A DNA stretch of 64,000 nucleotides from Octopus sinensis (GCF_006345805.1 NC_042999.1:155682001-155746000); one strand, 5' to 3'; counted from the first letter of the stretch, positions 37,165 to 50,273 are shown. Numbers and translations: made by a program. The notes: generated by a model from the sequence alone, not told the origin.

Positions 37165-37490
37165 CAATAACTGGCACTGTCGCTTACGACGAAGGTTCCA
37201 GTTGATCCGATCAACAGAGCAGCTTGCTTATGAGATTAACATGCAAGTGGCTGAGTACTCCAGACACGCATGCCCCTTTACATATTTCTCAGGGAGATTC
37301 AGTATGACACAGAGTGTGACAAGGCTGGCCCTTGAAATACAGGAACTACTCATTTTTTGCCAGCTGAGTAGACTGGAGCAAGGTGAAATTAAGTGTCTTG
37401 CTCAAGGACAAAACATGCCATCAGGAATCAAGCTCACGATCCTATGATTGCGAGCTGAATACCCGAACCACTAAGCCATGTGCTTTCACG
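37165..37490 (-). mobile_element. SINE family D, near full length
   Basis: Homologous end to end with 10690-11010. Confidence 0.8.
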
Positions 37491-39221
37491 ACTCAGTATA
37501 GATGGCTAGAAGAAATGCTGCTAAGCATGTTGTCTTGTGTGCCAAGGATTCAGTCAGCTTGCCATTATAGTGTGTGTGTGTGTGTGTGTGTCTGTGTGTG
37601 TAGTGTGTGCGTAGTGTGTGTGTGTGTGTAGTATGTGTGTTAAGGATTTTTGCTTCAAATGCACATATGCAACAAAATGGGGGAGAAAATAAACCAATAA
37701 AATAAAGATATAAGAAAATATAAAAAATAAAACAAAAAGCAGATGAAACAGAGAAAGAATTTGGCATTGGTAAGCAATGACAGTCAAAGAATCTTGCAAC
37801 TAGAAATACTTCTACATCTAAACATGAACAGCAGAATTCTGTGAAGATTTCCTTTTTAGATTTACTATCTGTGAATTCTTAAAGCTTGGCATCACTACAA
37901 GTTTTGGTAAGAACTTTTCTAAATATGGCAGTTTAAAGGAATTTTAAAGCTTTCTATTTTTGTCTTTGCTTTTATTTATTTATCTACTTTTTCTTTTCTA
38001 AAAAAGAGTTCACACGTTTCTTGGATTGAGGTAATGAAAACACCTCCTCCCTCTTTAGAATACAAAGGCGGCAGCAGTAACAGTTACAACAACAACACTA
38101 TTTCCAGTATGTAATAGAAAATATGAATTACTTGGTAAGCCATGCTTCAAATGAGGCAAGCAAAACAATTATTATTATTATTTTTATTATTATTGTCATT
38201 ATTATTAATACTAAAAGCCTAGGAAGCTTACTACATCATAAGACATTATATGGAAGCCTAAAAAAAAAAAAATGAAGTAAAATATATGACAGCCATAGTA
38301 GAACCAATAAGAGGAGGAGAATAAGGAGGAAGAGGAGGAGGCAGAAGAGAAGTCATTAAGACAGATGTAATTGTGCAAGGCTGTTATTTACTGAATTTAG
38401 GAGAATCTTTTTTTTTTTTTCCGAAGAAAATCAACAAACCAAAAAATATTTAAGATCACACAAACGGCAAGCTTAGTTGTATTTTTCTTACCATTTTTAA
38501 ATTGGAGGAAAATTTATAAAGTAAACATCAGACAATCTTGAAAGATGGAAATATAGTTTTTTTTGATAAATCAGTACATAATCTAAATTATATATATAAT
38601 AAAACGATATTCATATATTTTTACTTTAGTGTATATGAAATTAAAAAAAATATATATTTTAATTTTAATAAATGCAAATTAAAAAACAAAATGGAAGAAA
38701 AAAATCATTAAGAAAGGAAAAATTAATTTAAATATTTAATAGATTTAAAAAAGTTTATAGACTGTTCAAGAGGATTCAGTGACAATAGAATCCAAATAAA
38801 TGTCGTAACTATTGTAGGATTAAGTAATAATAATAATAATGGTATTGATTTTATTAACCCTGAAAGGATGAAAGGTAAAGTCACACTCAACGGCATTTGA
38901 AGTCAGAAGGTAAAGAACTAGAGGAGACACTTAAGCATTTTGCTTGACATGTTAACAATTCTCCCAGCTCACTGCTATTTTAAGCTATAATTTTTTTGTT
39001 TTTTCTATTATAAATATAAGGTCTGAAATTTGGTGGGATTTGGCAAGGTGATAACATTGACCTCAAAACCAAGGAAATGGTAAAGTCAACCCCAGCAGAA
39101 TTTGAACCCAGGATGTAAAGAGCTGGAAGAAAAGTTGTTTAGCATTTTGTCCAGTGTGGTAATAAACCTGCCAGCTCGTTACCTTAATAACGATAATTCT
39201 TTCTAACATCGACACAAGGCC

Positions 39222-39460
39222 TGCAAGGATCATGGCAGCATTCACCAACCAAACAGGGAGGCCATCCAGAAGTGCTGCAGGAGATTCCGAAGTCGTCTGG
39301 AGGCCATGGTTGAAGCCAATGGTGATTTTATTGAATAAATTTACTCTTTAGTATATCGAGATACTTTTAATATAATTTTGGTAAATGTATGTTAAAATGA
39401 GATGTCAGCATTATTTTCATTTTTGCGTAATTTAGACGACAGTTTGTTCACCGTAACCTG
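39222..39460 (+). mobile_element. Tc1/mariner-superfamily transposon 3' end (transposase C-terminus plus right end)
   Basis: Encodes (frameshifted) RIMAAFTN/NREAIQKCCRRFRSRLEAMVEANGDFIE*, a typical RL.A...A.G..IE terminus. The element ends ACCTG|TA. Confidence 0.75.
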
Positions 39461-40242
39461 TATGTATATATATATATATATGAGTTAAAAACCCCTTGGA
39501 CAGATAAAAAGGGTTAAAAGTAACCCACACAGACAGGCTGCCAGTTACACTAAGGCAACCTTCCATTTTAAATGAGCCCCGCACTCAAGAAAATAATTTA
39601 GTTAAACAACATGATTTTAGTCATCCATTGATGTTAAATGAATGCAGTAAATTAAACAAAATGGTAAAAGAATGAAAGAAATTTAAGTTGATAAAAGAAG
39701 ACAGGCTGCTGTCTGAAGGAAAAGTTTTTTCCTCTTGTCAAGACAAAAATGTTAGAAGGAAAGGCCATTTTTATAGAGAACCAATTGAATAGGCAGAGGA
39801 TAGACAAGAAAAATAATTTATAGGAGTGAGCCATGAAGAAAGTTTCCAAGAAAAAAAAAAAAATGGAAAAAAGAGAAAAAAGAAAAATTCTAGAAGTTGA
39901 GAAATAAAAATGTTTAAATAAAAAAGAAAAATAGAAACTACAAGATTCTTTCAATGGAAATAATTGAAATTTAAAAGAAACTATACATATATATATAATA
40001 AAAATTATTATTATTGTTGTTATTATTTGAAATAGTTTCATGTGGACCATGTGACAAAGTTTCGTAGCCTTTTTACAGAAACCTATCTTGCCAGGTCAGC
40101 TAACTGATTCGGTTAAGTATTTAAGTATACAAAACTAAGTTGTGTGGGGCTGGATCAAACTGTTTTAAATAATAATAGTAATAATGTATATAACTCCTAC
40201 TAAATGTGTTGTGCTCCTGTTTCTTTCATTAGTCCACTCACC

Positions 40243-40299
<57 letters not shown>

Positions 40300-40941
40300 G
40301 AAGGAACTTGTGGAAGAGGTAGACTTGAGGTGGTGAAGCATGACCTTCGACCATTGGGCCTCACAGATGCAATGACAGGAGACAGAGACCTTCGGAGATA
40401 TGCTGTGATTGAGAAGACCCAGCAACTAAAGTGGGATCACAGCCATGACTGATGCCACTGTTGCATGTCCGACCCATTTAAGAGTACCCTCGAGGCATTG
40501 AGCGATATATGCTTAAGACCTGTTGAGTCAAGTAAAACCAAAATCGCAACTGTGGCCAGTGCCCCCTAACTGTCTTCTGTTCTGGTGTCATGTAAAATGC
40601 ATCATCCGAAAGTGGTTGATGCCAGTATCCCCCGACTGGCTGCAGTGCCAGTGGAATGTAAAAAGCACCATCCAAATGTAGTGGGTGCTAGGTCCGCCTG
40701 ATTGGCTCCCTTGCCAGTGGCATGTAAAAGGCACTATCTGAATGTAATCGATGCCAGGCTAGCCTAAGCAACTCCTGTGCCAGTGACACATAAAAAGCAC
40801 CCACTACACTCTCGGAGTGGTTGGCATTAGGAAGGGCATCCAGCTGTTGAAACATTGCCAGATCAGATTGGAGCCTGGTGCAGCTGTTGGCTCTCCAGAC
40901 CTCAGTCAAACTGTCCAATCCATATCAGCATGGAAAATGGA
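40300..40941 (+). mobile_element. RTE LINE 3' portion: ORF terminus plus full 3' UTR (= family C)
   Basis: Encodes EGTCGRGR-EVVKHDLRPLGLTDAMTGDRDLRRYAVIEKTQQ. It runs without a break into the GTAAAAAGCACC tandem modules and the (GAT)n tail. Confidence 0.8.
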
Positions 40942-42382
40942 CGTTAAACGATGATGATGATATGCATTTGTGGGTATTTAAAATTTAAACTTTTCAACAG
41001 AAACGAGTACAACTGAAGAAAGCTTTAGTTTCAAACATTTAACATGGAACTGAAAATAATGATGATGATAATAATGATTTCTGATTTAGGCCAGCAGTTT
41101 TTTTGAGAGGGGAGGACTTAGTCAATACAAAAACAGTACTTGACCGGTTTTGTATTGAGTTTGAAAATACAAAAGGCAAGGCTGACCGTGGCAGGATTTG
41201 AACTCAGATTATAAAAGGCCAAAACGAATACCACTAGTAATTAAAAGTAATAAATAAATAAAAATTGAAAGTAAAAAAAATATTAAAATAAAGCAAATTC
41301 AAAAGTAATTATAAAATGAAAGAGAGAAAGAGAGAGTGAAAGAGATAGAGAGACCATAATATTTGTTGTACCCAACTACCTGACCCAGTGAAAGAGTGTG
41401 AAAGAATCTGTATAAACCAAATCTATATTGTAAGATATGTTACTGACATGTGAGAGAGACAAAGAGAAAGAGAATGAGAAAGAGAGTGAGAGTGCTTAAA
41501 AGAAATGAATATATATTAAATATTTACTTGCATTGTATGTCATGACATTATATAAAGTAAAAGAACAAAAGTGTTACAGAGTTGTTGTGTGTGTACCTGC
41601 CAGTAACTGCTTGCTGTTCAATTGTATTAAGAAATGTTCACGTTAGAAAAGTTGGTGCAGAGGGCAACATATATGTGTGCATGTGTGTGTGTGTGTAAAT
41701 ATATATGTATATATTATTCTGTTCATGTCGGCCTCTTACTACCCTTGAGTTTCACTTTAGTCACACAAAATCTTCAGCGAAGTTGTGTCTCTACTTGCCT
41801 GAAGATCCTGTGTGCCTACAAGTGAAACTCAGAAAGGCTGAATCAACCAAAATAAAATATCATTAAGTTCTACCGTATCATTAAACTCTTTCTTCTGATA
41901 GTTAATACTAAATGGCTATGTGTGTGTGTGTATATATACATACATATATACATACATACACACTATGTGTGGGTTAACAAGGCAACCAATGGTTTCATGT
42001 GAAGAGATCTTCACAATTGTTCAAATGTATTGGTACTTGTCTCCATTTTGGATAAGAATATCTATATGACACATACAGACTTGGAAGGAAATCATATGTT
42101 TAAATAAATATGATAAAAGCAAACAGCAGTGACAACATTTAAGAGCAATTTCCACCACTCTCTAAACAAAATTTATAAAATAATAAATACCATACATCAG
42201 CCACTTGGAAATTCATCTTATGGTGCTTCTAAAACATATATATATGTATGTATGTATATGTGAACATACATGCATGTGTGTGTGTGTGTGTATATGTATT
42301 GTTGTTGCAATGTGTAATCCTGGGCTAGTTATGTTCCAGCAGATCTATAACAGGTAGCAGCTAGGTATTTGGTCAATCAGAC

Positions 42383-42614
42383 CAGTGGTTCTCAAACATA
42401 TGACCGCAAGATTTTGTTATTAAGATTTACGTGCAATAAATTGGTTAATATATTATTACAATACACAAAATATTTTGACAATTTTTTAAATACAATTCCT
42501 TATAATATTTAATAATAATAATAATAATAATAAAAAATTGTATTTTTAAAACATAAAATGGCTATGAAGCGCCATTCAAATGAAATAGGTAAAAAAAATG
42601 GTTGAGAACCACTG
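42383..42614. mobile_element. hAT/Charlie-type MITE
   Basis: TIRs CAGTGGTTCTCAA / TTGAGAACCACTG. The flanks AATCAGAC / TACTAGAT resemble the Charlie NTCTAGAN target. Confidence 0.8.
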
Positions 42615-43244
42615 TACTAGATTATCTACAGAACCATAACTTTGGATGAAGGGCACACTTCACAGTCCAACATACATCGGCTTAAATGTGTGTGTGACCA
42701 TGTCATGACATCACACACTGACTGTAAACAAACATCACCGTCATACAAATGCAATCTTCTGTGAAAACATGTCTGGCCACTGACCTGTTCATATTTGAAG
42801 GACTAAAGGAAAAAATTACTTAGCTTAGAAAACAAGTGAGGGTTGGTGAAAGGAGAGCATCTGGTTGTAGAAAATCTGCCTCAACAAACTTTGACCGACT
42901 CATGCAGGTATGGAAAAGTAGACATAAAACAATGAGGATATCTACACACACACGCACATACACCAGTGCAATAGAGTAAATTTGTTTTGTGGAGTCACCG
43001 TCAACATGGGAATAATTAATCCTGTTGACTTAATCCTTTAGCGTTCAGATTACTGTAAAATGCAATGCTTATTGGTTCACACTGTTTTGAATTAATCATG
43101 CATTATCCCATAGCTTTGAGAGTTTGATGATGTGATTGCTTGGTTTTAAAACATTGTAGGTTAGGTGTGAAAGGTCTGATCTAGTTGGATGGAACAACAG
43201 AATATTTGAGCTGGACTCACTGGCACTGTTGATTACAATGAGGG

Positions 43245-43510
43245 TTTCAGTAGATCTGATCAGCAGAACAGCTTACTAGAGGAATTAATGTGCAAGTGGC
43301 TGAGTACTCCAGAGACATGCATATCTCAGGGAGAAATAGTGCGACACAGAATGCGACAAGGATGGCCCCGTTTGAATTACAGGTACAACTCATTTTTGCC
43401 AGCTGAGTGGATTGAAGCAATGTGAAGTAAAGTGCCTTGCTCAACAATACACTGCATCGCTGGGTGTCAACCTCATGACCTAACAATCGGAAGCCAAATA
43501 CCTCTAACCA
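43245..43510 (-). mobile_element. SINE family D
   Basis: GTGCAAGTGGCTGAGTACTCC...CATTTTTGCCAGCTGAGTGG...CTTGCTCAA. Confidence 0.75.
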
Positions 43511-43570
43511 TGGATTGGAGAATTGCGACCTTCATGCATCTTATTAAAACACCTGCAGAATATTTTTGAG

Positions 43571-43608
<38 letters not shown>

Positions 43609-45287
43609 ACAGGCACAGGTAAATAAACGAAAAGGTACAATCTGTGAGAAAAAGAAACAGAAAAACAAAACAAAAAAAAAATCAAACTATTTAGATTGGT
43701 AAAAAGAAAATGGCAGAGGGGATACAGAAAAAGATAGAAAGCAAACAAATCGTTACCGACAGGAGACTTAAGACTAGACAGATATATCAAGGTGCGATAT
43801 AATATCTAATCCTGTATGGGTGGGTGGTCTGCTGGATTGACCAAGATTGAGAACTGAAAGGAAAATCATTTTGTTATAAAAAAGGAAACCAGCAACTTCT
43901 CTAAGACAAAGGAAAACCCGAGTTAATTTTAGTTTAAAGAAACAAAAACAATAAAAAACAAATTAAATAAAAAAAGTAATGGTGAAGCAAAAATTATTTT
44001 TACTATATCAATTGCCACTCTGTAACTCTTACTGTTTCATTTTCCTCCTCATCCTCCTTTACTCTCTCATTCTCTCTCTCTCTCGTACTTACTATCCACT
44101 GGACTGTCTGTCTCTCTTTCTTTGGACTTACTGACTCTCACTCTCTCTCTCTCTCTCTCTCTCTCACCCACTGAGCATCTTTCTCTCTCTCTGTTTTGTT
44201 GTATTCCTTTATACCTCTATACAAAATATGTTGAATTTCATCCCTGATGGAGTCTGCAGAGGGGATTGACATGACCATTCATGCCCCCAGGGATTAATTA
44301 AATTAGTACTAACTAGGTAACAAAGGCAAATCTTCCACTACTACTCCTCCTCCTTCCCGCCCTCTCCAATATCTGTGAGACTGTGGTGTGCCTCTGTAAA
44401 GAAAACATTAGAATTAATATATCAAAACATCAAAAGTATAAGTCTTTTATAGGGATTCCAACTAACATTGGGAAAAACATTTAGTCATAGAAACTTGGTT
44501 GGTTTCTTACTCTCTCTTTCTTTTTGGAGAGAGATGAAAAAAAAATTGAAGAATACAAACAGAAAACCTAATGAGATCCAAGACTTGAACTGAAGTGCTG
44601 TGAAAAGAAACTTCAGATAAATAATTAGAAGTATAAAAAATTTAAAAATATAATACATTAATAAAAAAGAAACTGAATCAAAAATGCCATTTTATGAAAA
44701 CGTTTTGATTAGATAAATATCAACAATTTTGGTCAATTAGCAATGAGAAAGGAATCTTGGAGAGCTTGAGTTCTAAATGTTACCAGCTGCTATGGGAAAG
44801 AAAACATTCTTCAGACGAAAAAAAAAAAAAGAGGATTTAAAATGGTACTGAAATAGAGGGGAAAAACACATACATAAAGAAATGAGAATCATATATTAAT
44901 TGAAATTTTTTCTTACACAAAACTTTCCTATGTCCAATTGATGAGGAGAACTCCAGCAGAGAAGAAGCGAATGAATGTTGAAAAAGAGAATGAAAGAAAA
45001 GGGAAGAGATATGAGGATTATTAGGGAAAAAGGATTGGTTATTAGGAATTGTATTTTGTAAAGAGAACACAGAGCAAGGTGTCTGGGTGTGGAATATAAA
45101 GCAGACTGTAGAATAGAGAGGTTTCTGGGGTGGAATATCGAGTAATGTGTCAGGTGTAGAATATAAAGCAGGGTATAAAATACAGGAATTTCTGGGTGTA
45201 GAATATAGGGCAGGGTTTTGGGTATAGAAAGTATGCGGGGATTTGATACCTGGGTAAAAATGAAAAGAAATTGCTGCTGTTACTTAC

Positions 45288-45341
45288 TTTCTCAGTGCTG
45301 CCTTGTTTTATCAGCCAGCCTTGCTTCATATACATCATATC
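45288..45341 (-). CDS. MPRIP: Coding exon, 54 nt, start of PH domain (DMMYMKQGWLIKQGSTEK)
   Basis: Acceptor ctattccag|GAT and donor AAA|GTAAGT. The K-x-G-W-L-x-K motif is the first beta strand of the PH domain. Confidence 0.9.
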
Positions 45342-45514
45342 CTGGAATAGGTAAAAAGGTATGTTGTGTACAAATGCTTGAGCAATGTAGCTAATGGAAT
45401 AATCTAAACATCTACGGTGATGCCAACAAATGAAACACAAAAGACTGAATTAACTTATATGAGCTGTTTAATAAATAAGCCTACAATATTTTGAGAAAAG
45501 TCCCTGTTTTCAAT

Positions 45515-45755
45515 TCATCATCATCGTTTAACATCCGCTTTCCATGCTAGCATGGGTTGGATGGTTCGACTGGGGTCTGGGAAGCTATGAGGCTGCACCA
45601 GGCCCAGTCTGATCTGGCAGTGTTTCTACAGCTGGATGCCCTTCCTAATGCCAACCACTCCGTGAGTGTAGTGGGTGCTTTTTACATGCCAGGCGAGGCT
45701 GGCAACGGCCACGATCGGTTGGTGCTTTTTACATGCCACCAGCGCAGAGGCCAAT
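45515..45755 (-). mobile_element. Family C (RTE 3'-UTR) element, young copy, in the intron between the 69-nt and 54-nt exons
   Basis: Near-consensus tail and core. Confidence 0.85.
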
Positions 45756-46356
45756 GAGTCCAGTGAAGTGTTTTGTTGCAAGTGATCTCAGCTTGTAATG
45801 GTCAAAATGTGAATTTACATGACAATTTAGCATTGAATGCTAATAATAAGTGATGATATATCATAATTGAACTGGCTTCAATGAGATAAGTTTATCTCTG
45901 CTGGCTGGGTTGACATCCCGTCAGTTCCAAACCAGCCAGCAGAGGTAAACTCATCTCACTGAAGCCAGTTCAGTTAATGTATATCATCACTGTCATTTAA
46001 CATCGGCTTTCCCCATGCTTGCATGGGTCAGATGAAATTTGTTGAGGCAGATTTTCTATGGTCAGATGCCCTTCCTGTTGCCAACCCTCACAAAGACACA
46101 TATATAGTTTCGTGTGTGTGTGTGTGTAACCGACTTCTACAGTTTCTGTCTACCAAATTCAGTCACAAGGAATTAGTTGGCCTGGAGCTAAAATAGAAGA
46201 CATTTTCCCAAAGCTTCGTGCACTGGGATTGAACCCAAAACCACGCAGTTTCAAAGCAAGCTTCTTAACCACAGAGCTATGCCTGTACCTACTGTCTGCA
46301 CCTATTAATAAATTCATTAACATTGTGAGCAGATAATTCATTAACCGATATCTTAC

Positions 46357-46425
46357 CTCAATCTTCCTCTCTGGTTTCATATCCTTTTGTTTTGATACGG
46401 AATTCATTTCTGAAGATTTAGCCAT
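46357..46425 (-). CDS. MPRIP: Coding exon, 69 nt, MAKSSEMNSVSKQKDMKPERKIE
   Basis: Acceptor gtttttcttgtcttttgtgatttag|ATG and donor GAG|GTAAGA. Phase 0-0 and in frame with the next exon. Confidence 0.75.
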
Positions 46426-46999
46426 CTAAATCACAAAAGACAAGAAAAACAATTTTAAAAAATCTAAAAAAAAACAAAACAAAAAAAACCCAATGAATTT
46501 TACCTGATATTATAAATTAGTTGTCAGTTTTGACATTAAATCTTTTCAAATTTGGAGTTTCAAGCAAACAAAATCAATAAAATCTGATCAGTGATATATA
46601 TACTTTATAAGTTGGCCTTCATAATTAATATGGTATTTTTTTTTCTTTGATGAGAGAAGATTCTGGAATGATGACAGTTTTGTTTTTAGATTTTTTGTTA
46701 TCTTTCCGAAGAGGATTATTACAAAAAATAAAACCAGAGACATACTAAAATGTAATCATTTTTGAAAAATCATCATTAGCATTATCATTGTCTTAACGAT
46801 TAGTTTTAACACACTTCCATGAGCCAAGAGGTATATTTTGAGACAGATTTCAACAGCCAAATGCTTTCCCTATTGCCAACACTCACCGGTTTCCAAGCAA
46901 GGTGATAGCTTTCTCTAGTCTAGACATGTTTTCACTGGATATTGCAAACAAACAGCACCACTTGTATGACTATGTTTGTTTATAGATAGCACACAATGT

Positions 47000-47490
47000 A
47001 GGTGCAGGTGTGGCTGTATGATAAAAAAAAGCCTGGTTCCCAACCACATGGCTCTGGGTTCAGTCCCACTGCATGGCACCATGGGCATGTGCCTTCTGCC
47101 ATAAACTCGGGCTGACCAAAGCCTTATGAGAAGATTTGTCAGAAACTGAAAGAAGCTTGTCGTGTGTGTGCGCGCGTATGTATGTATGTATGTGTGTGTG
47201 TATGTATATATATATAACCTGTGCTAGCACGGAAAACGGACAAACGATGATGATGATATATATATATGTGAGCATGTGAACATTTTTATTTGTGATTGTT
47301 CCTCACCACCACTTAACAAATGGTGTTGATGCGTTTATATCCCTGTAACATAGCAGTTCAGCAAACAAAGACCGACAGAGTAAGTAACATGCTTTAAAAA
47401 AATAAGTACTAGGGTCAATTCATTTGACTAAAAAATCCAAGGCAGTGCCTCAGCATGGCTACAGTCTAATGACTGAAACAAGTAAAGGTT
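47000..47490 (+). mobile_element. SINE family B, with a short family C tail inside its central microsatellite
   Basis: B head and tail flank GCTAGCACGGAAAACGGAC-AAACGATGATGATG at about 47222-47255. Confidence 0.75.
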
Positions 47491-48707
47491 AAAAAATACA
47501 TATATTACGTAAGGATAATGAAGAGAAAATTATTAAGAGTTGACCGACTGTTTCAGAGTTGAGTGTTTTTGCAGTTTTGGTGTAAAAGAAAAAGTAAACT
47601 CGATTCAAGTTGTAAGTCATAGATATCCACGGTCTTAATACTAGCTGGCACAAACACACAGAGATTCATGTATGTGAATATATACCGTTTCCATAGAATG
47701 TAGAGAGTAGTTGTTGATTAACAGTAAAATCACTTTTGGTTCATTACAATAATGTTTTAATCTGTCATAAACAGCAAAGTTATGAAGTGTGAATGTGCTA
47801 TATCTACAATTGATATGGTTCACAAATTGAGGTCTGCTCAAATCGAGGCCTTCCAACTAAAGTGTTAAGAATAAATACAAAAAAAAAAAAAAGTAAATAT
47901 TTAGAAGGGCCACAATGATCTATTTATAACAAATTCACATTCACAACTTGACAAATATTTAACAACAAAAACATCAGTGAAATTAGATTGAAAGAAAAAA
48001 TATTTTTTTTTCTTTTCTGTTAAAGAAATAATTATATAAGAAATAATCTTTTGTGACAGGATTATCTGGTGACAAGAACTGGGAAAACAAGTTGCAGAGA
48101 GTCGAGTAAACAGGTGCATATAGCAGACTAAGAGAGAGTATGCTCCGTTGAATAAATGGGCTTTTTCCAACATGAATAGAAAGATTTTGTGAAAAGATAC
48201 ACTGAGAAACTGACCAAAAGATTATCACACAGTAATATGTCTGTGTGTGTAAACAAGTGCATATTCTGTATAAGAGGTTTTGTTTCAATTCCTACATATA
48301 CTAATGCCTCCTTTTTTTTTCTGTCAGGGACATATATGCACTAATATCAGACAATTTTCTATAGTCAATAGTTGGTGAATGCTTACAATATTTACAAAAT
48401 ATATTTCAGTTCAGTTGCAGGATTTCTTAGAATCTAGGTATATCAACATGTAGGGCACCAGAATTGGCTGGGTACTTAGTAATGAGACTACAGTACATTG
48501 AAGCAACTCTTTGTCGTTTGTTGGTAGTATACTGTCAGTATGTATGTATAGTTGAAATTTACAGAAAAACAAAGGACGAAGACAGGTGTAGAAACAACAA
48601 GCAGGTGTATTAGTTTAACACTCGGGAAGGTGAGAAAGTCGTTTACGTTTCAAACCTACGCTCTTCAACAGAAAGGAACACGGGGAAATAAACTCAGAGA
48701 AAATAAA

Positions 48708-48758
<51 letters not shown>

Positions 48759-49881
48759 TAAATATACATAGACACCCAATCCAATATAAACCATAGATAC
48801 AACCCAGGGTTGGTTCCAAGAGTAGTGTATGCATAAAAACACAAGCGGGGTTCAAAATTTACTTGCATTCTTTTTATATACACACAAACTGCACACATAA
48901 TGCATCACAAACATGATATATATACAATACAGATATAATATACACTGCACACAATAATATACACATCACACATACAATAATTAACATTAACTTACAAATA
49001 ACAGCAACAAGTGTTTTGTATTAAAGAAAGAGGCCACAAAATGCTAATTAAGAAATTGCTAATTCTACATACAACTGGCTTAATAAAATCTTTCCACCAT
49101 GAAAAGCTCACTAATTTTAACAATGACAACTCCAGCAGTTGCCCTTATGTCCACCTATCCACAATGCTTAAATGTGATGATAAACACAAGAAAACAATTT
49201 ATATAAATAATACACACACACACACACATATATATATAAGACAAGAGGGGGCAGAAGTTGAAGATAATTTGTATAAATTGAATTTAGTTCCCTATTATGC
49301 AGGAATTGGCACTTGTCCTTAAAATAAGGAGACCAGTACAACAGAACTGTAATTAGACAGAGAAGGACATTCAAAAGTGAGGAAAATATTTTTTGCTGAG
49401 CTGTTAATAAAAAATCACAAAGAGAGAGAGAGAAAGAGAGATAAAAAGAGTGGAGAGAGCAGAGAGGGTGGCAGGGAGGGAGAAAAAGAGAGAGAGAGAG
49501 AGAAGGGGGCATATTTACTAAAGTAGAAATTTTTCTTAAGAGACATTTTAAATATCAGATGTTGCCTGGATTCACACAATTTGGGTCAACTTAAAAGTGG
49601 CCTCCGCCAAGGAGAACAGGTTAGTTAGTTCCCTGCCAACAATAAACGGTAATAACTGAAAATAGACATTCAATTACATTATATTTAAAGGGTGGAAATG
49701 TAACGAAGATAATCAAATGGACTAAATGCAGCACAACATTAAATTATGTCTCTTGGGTTCAAGTTATAATAAACCTAACAGGAGAGTACTTTTAGCTTTC
49801 ATCCTACTGGAGTTGATAAAATAGATACCAGTTACATACTAGGGACTCAATCAAATCAACTATATCTCACACTTTACAAAT

Positions 49882-50273
49882 ACTAGCAGTATCGCCTGGC
49901 GTTGCTCAGGTTTGTTTCGACCCTTTAGAATTGGAATTTTTGAAAAGTAAAAATTTTGCATTATGTAGCTTGTTATTCTCTTTAAGTGAATATTTTTCTG
50001 GTTGAAATACACCGAAAAATGGCAACACAGCAGTCAAAAAATTATTAAAAAATAGGGATTTTCATAGAAAAAAAGCACCTTTTTGATGTAAATAATTTTT
50101 GGTGTTAACATGGGCTGATTTGAATTTTTTCTTCTACGGAATGAAGAGCAAGCCTTCTATCATACACTCAATTTTGGTCAACTTGTGCCGCAGGGCCTTG
50201 GAGGAGATAGTGTTAGTTGAAGGCTACCAAACTTGCCATACACAGACAACTTCAGCTTTATATATATAGAGAT
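49882..50273 (+). mobile_element. Non-autonomous Helitron/Helentron-like element
   Basis: 5' ACTAGCAGTATCGCCTGGCGTTGCTCAGG with a short hairpin, and 3' ACAACTTCAGCTTTATATATATAGAGAT. This terminal architecture resembles Lep1/HINE-type elements as I recall them. Confidence 0.55.

Larger units (their letters stand above)
1..46425 (-). other. MPRIP: Span of the coding exons of an MPRIP/TRIOBP/outspread-like gene (continues past base 1; 5' end not defined)
   Basis: The spliced exons give ...DMMYMKQGWLIKQGSTEK|DWKKHWFVLDANSLRYFKDAKAEEKGFVDGKIDLSTCYSVEEANAPRNYGFCIK|NQNGEYVLTAMTSGLRKNWMQAI... This matches the C-terminal PH domain of MPRIP/TRIOBP as I recall it (KKGWL...WKKHWFVL...SLRYYRD...LDGEIDLS.C...RNYGFQI...LSAMTSGIRRNWIQ). 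A long coiled coil follows. Confidence 0.9.
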
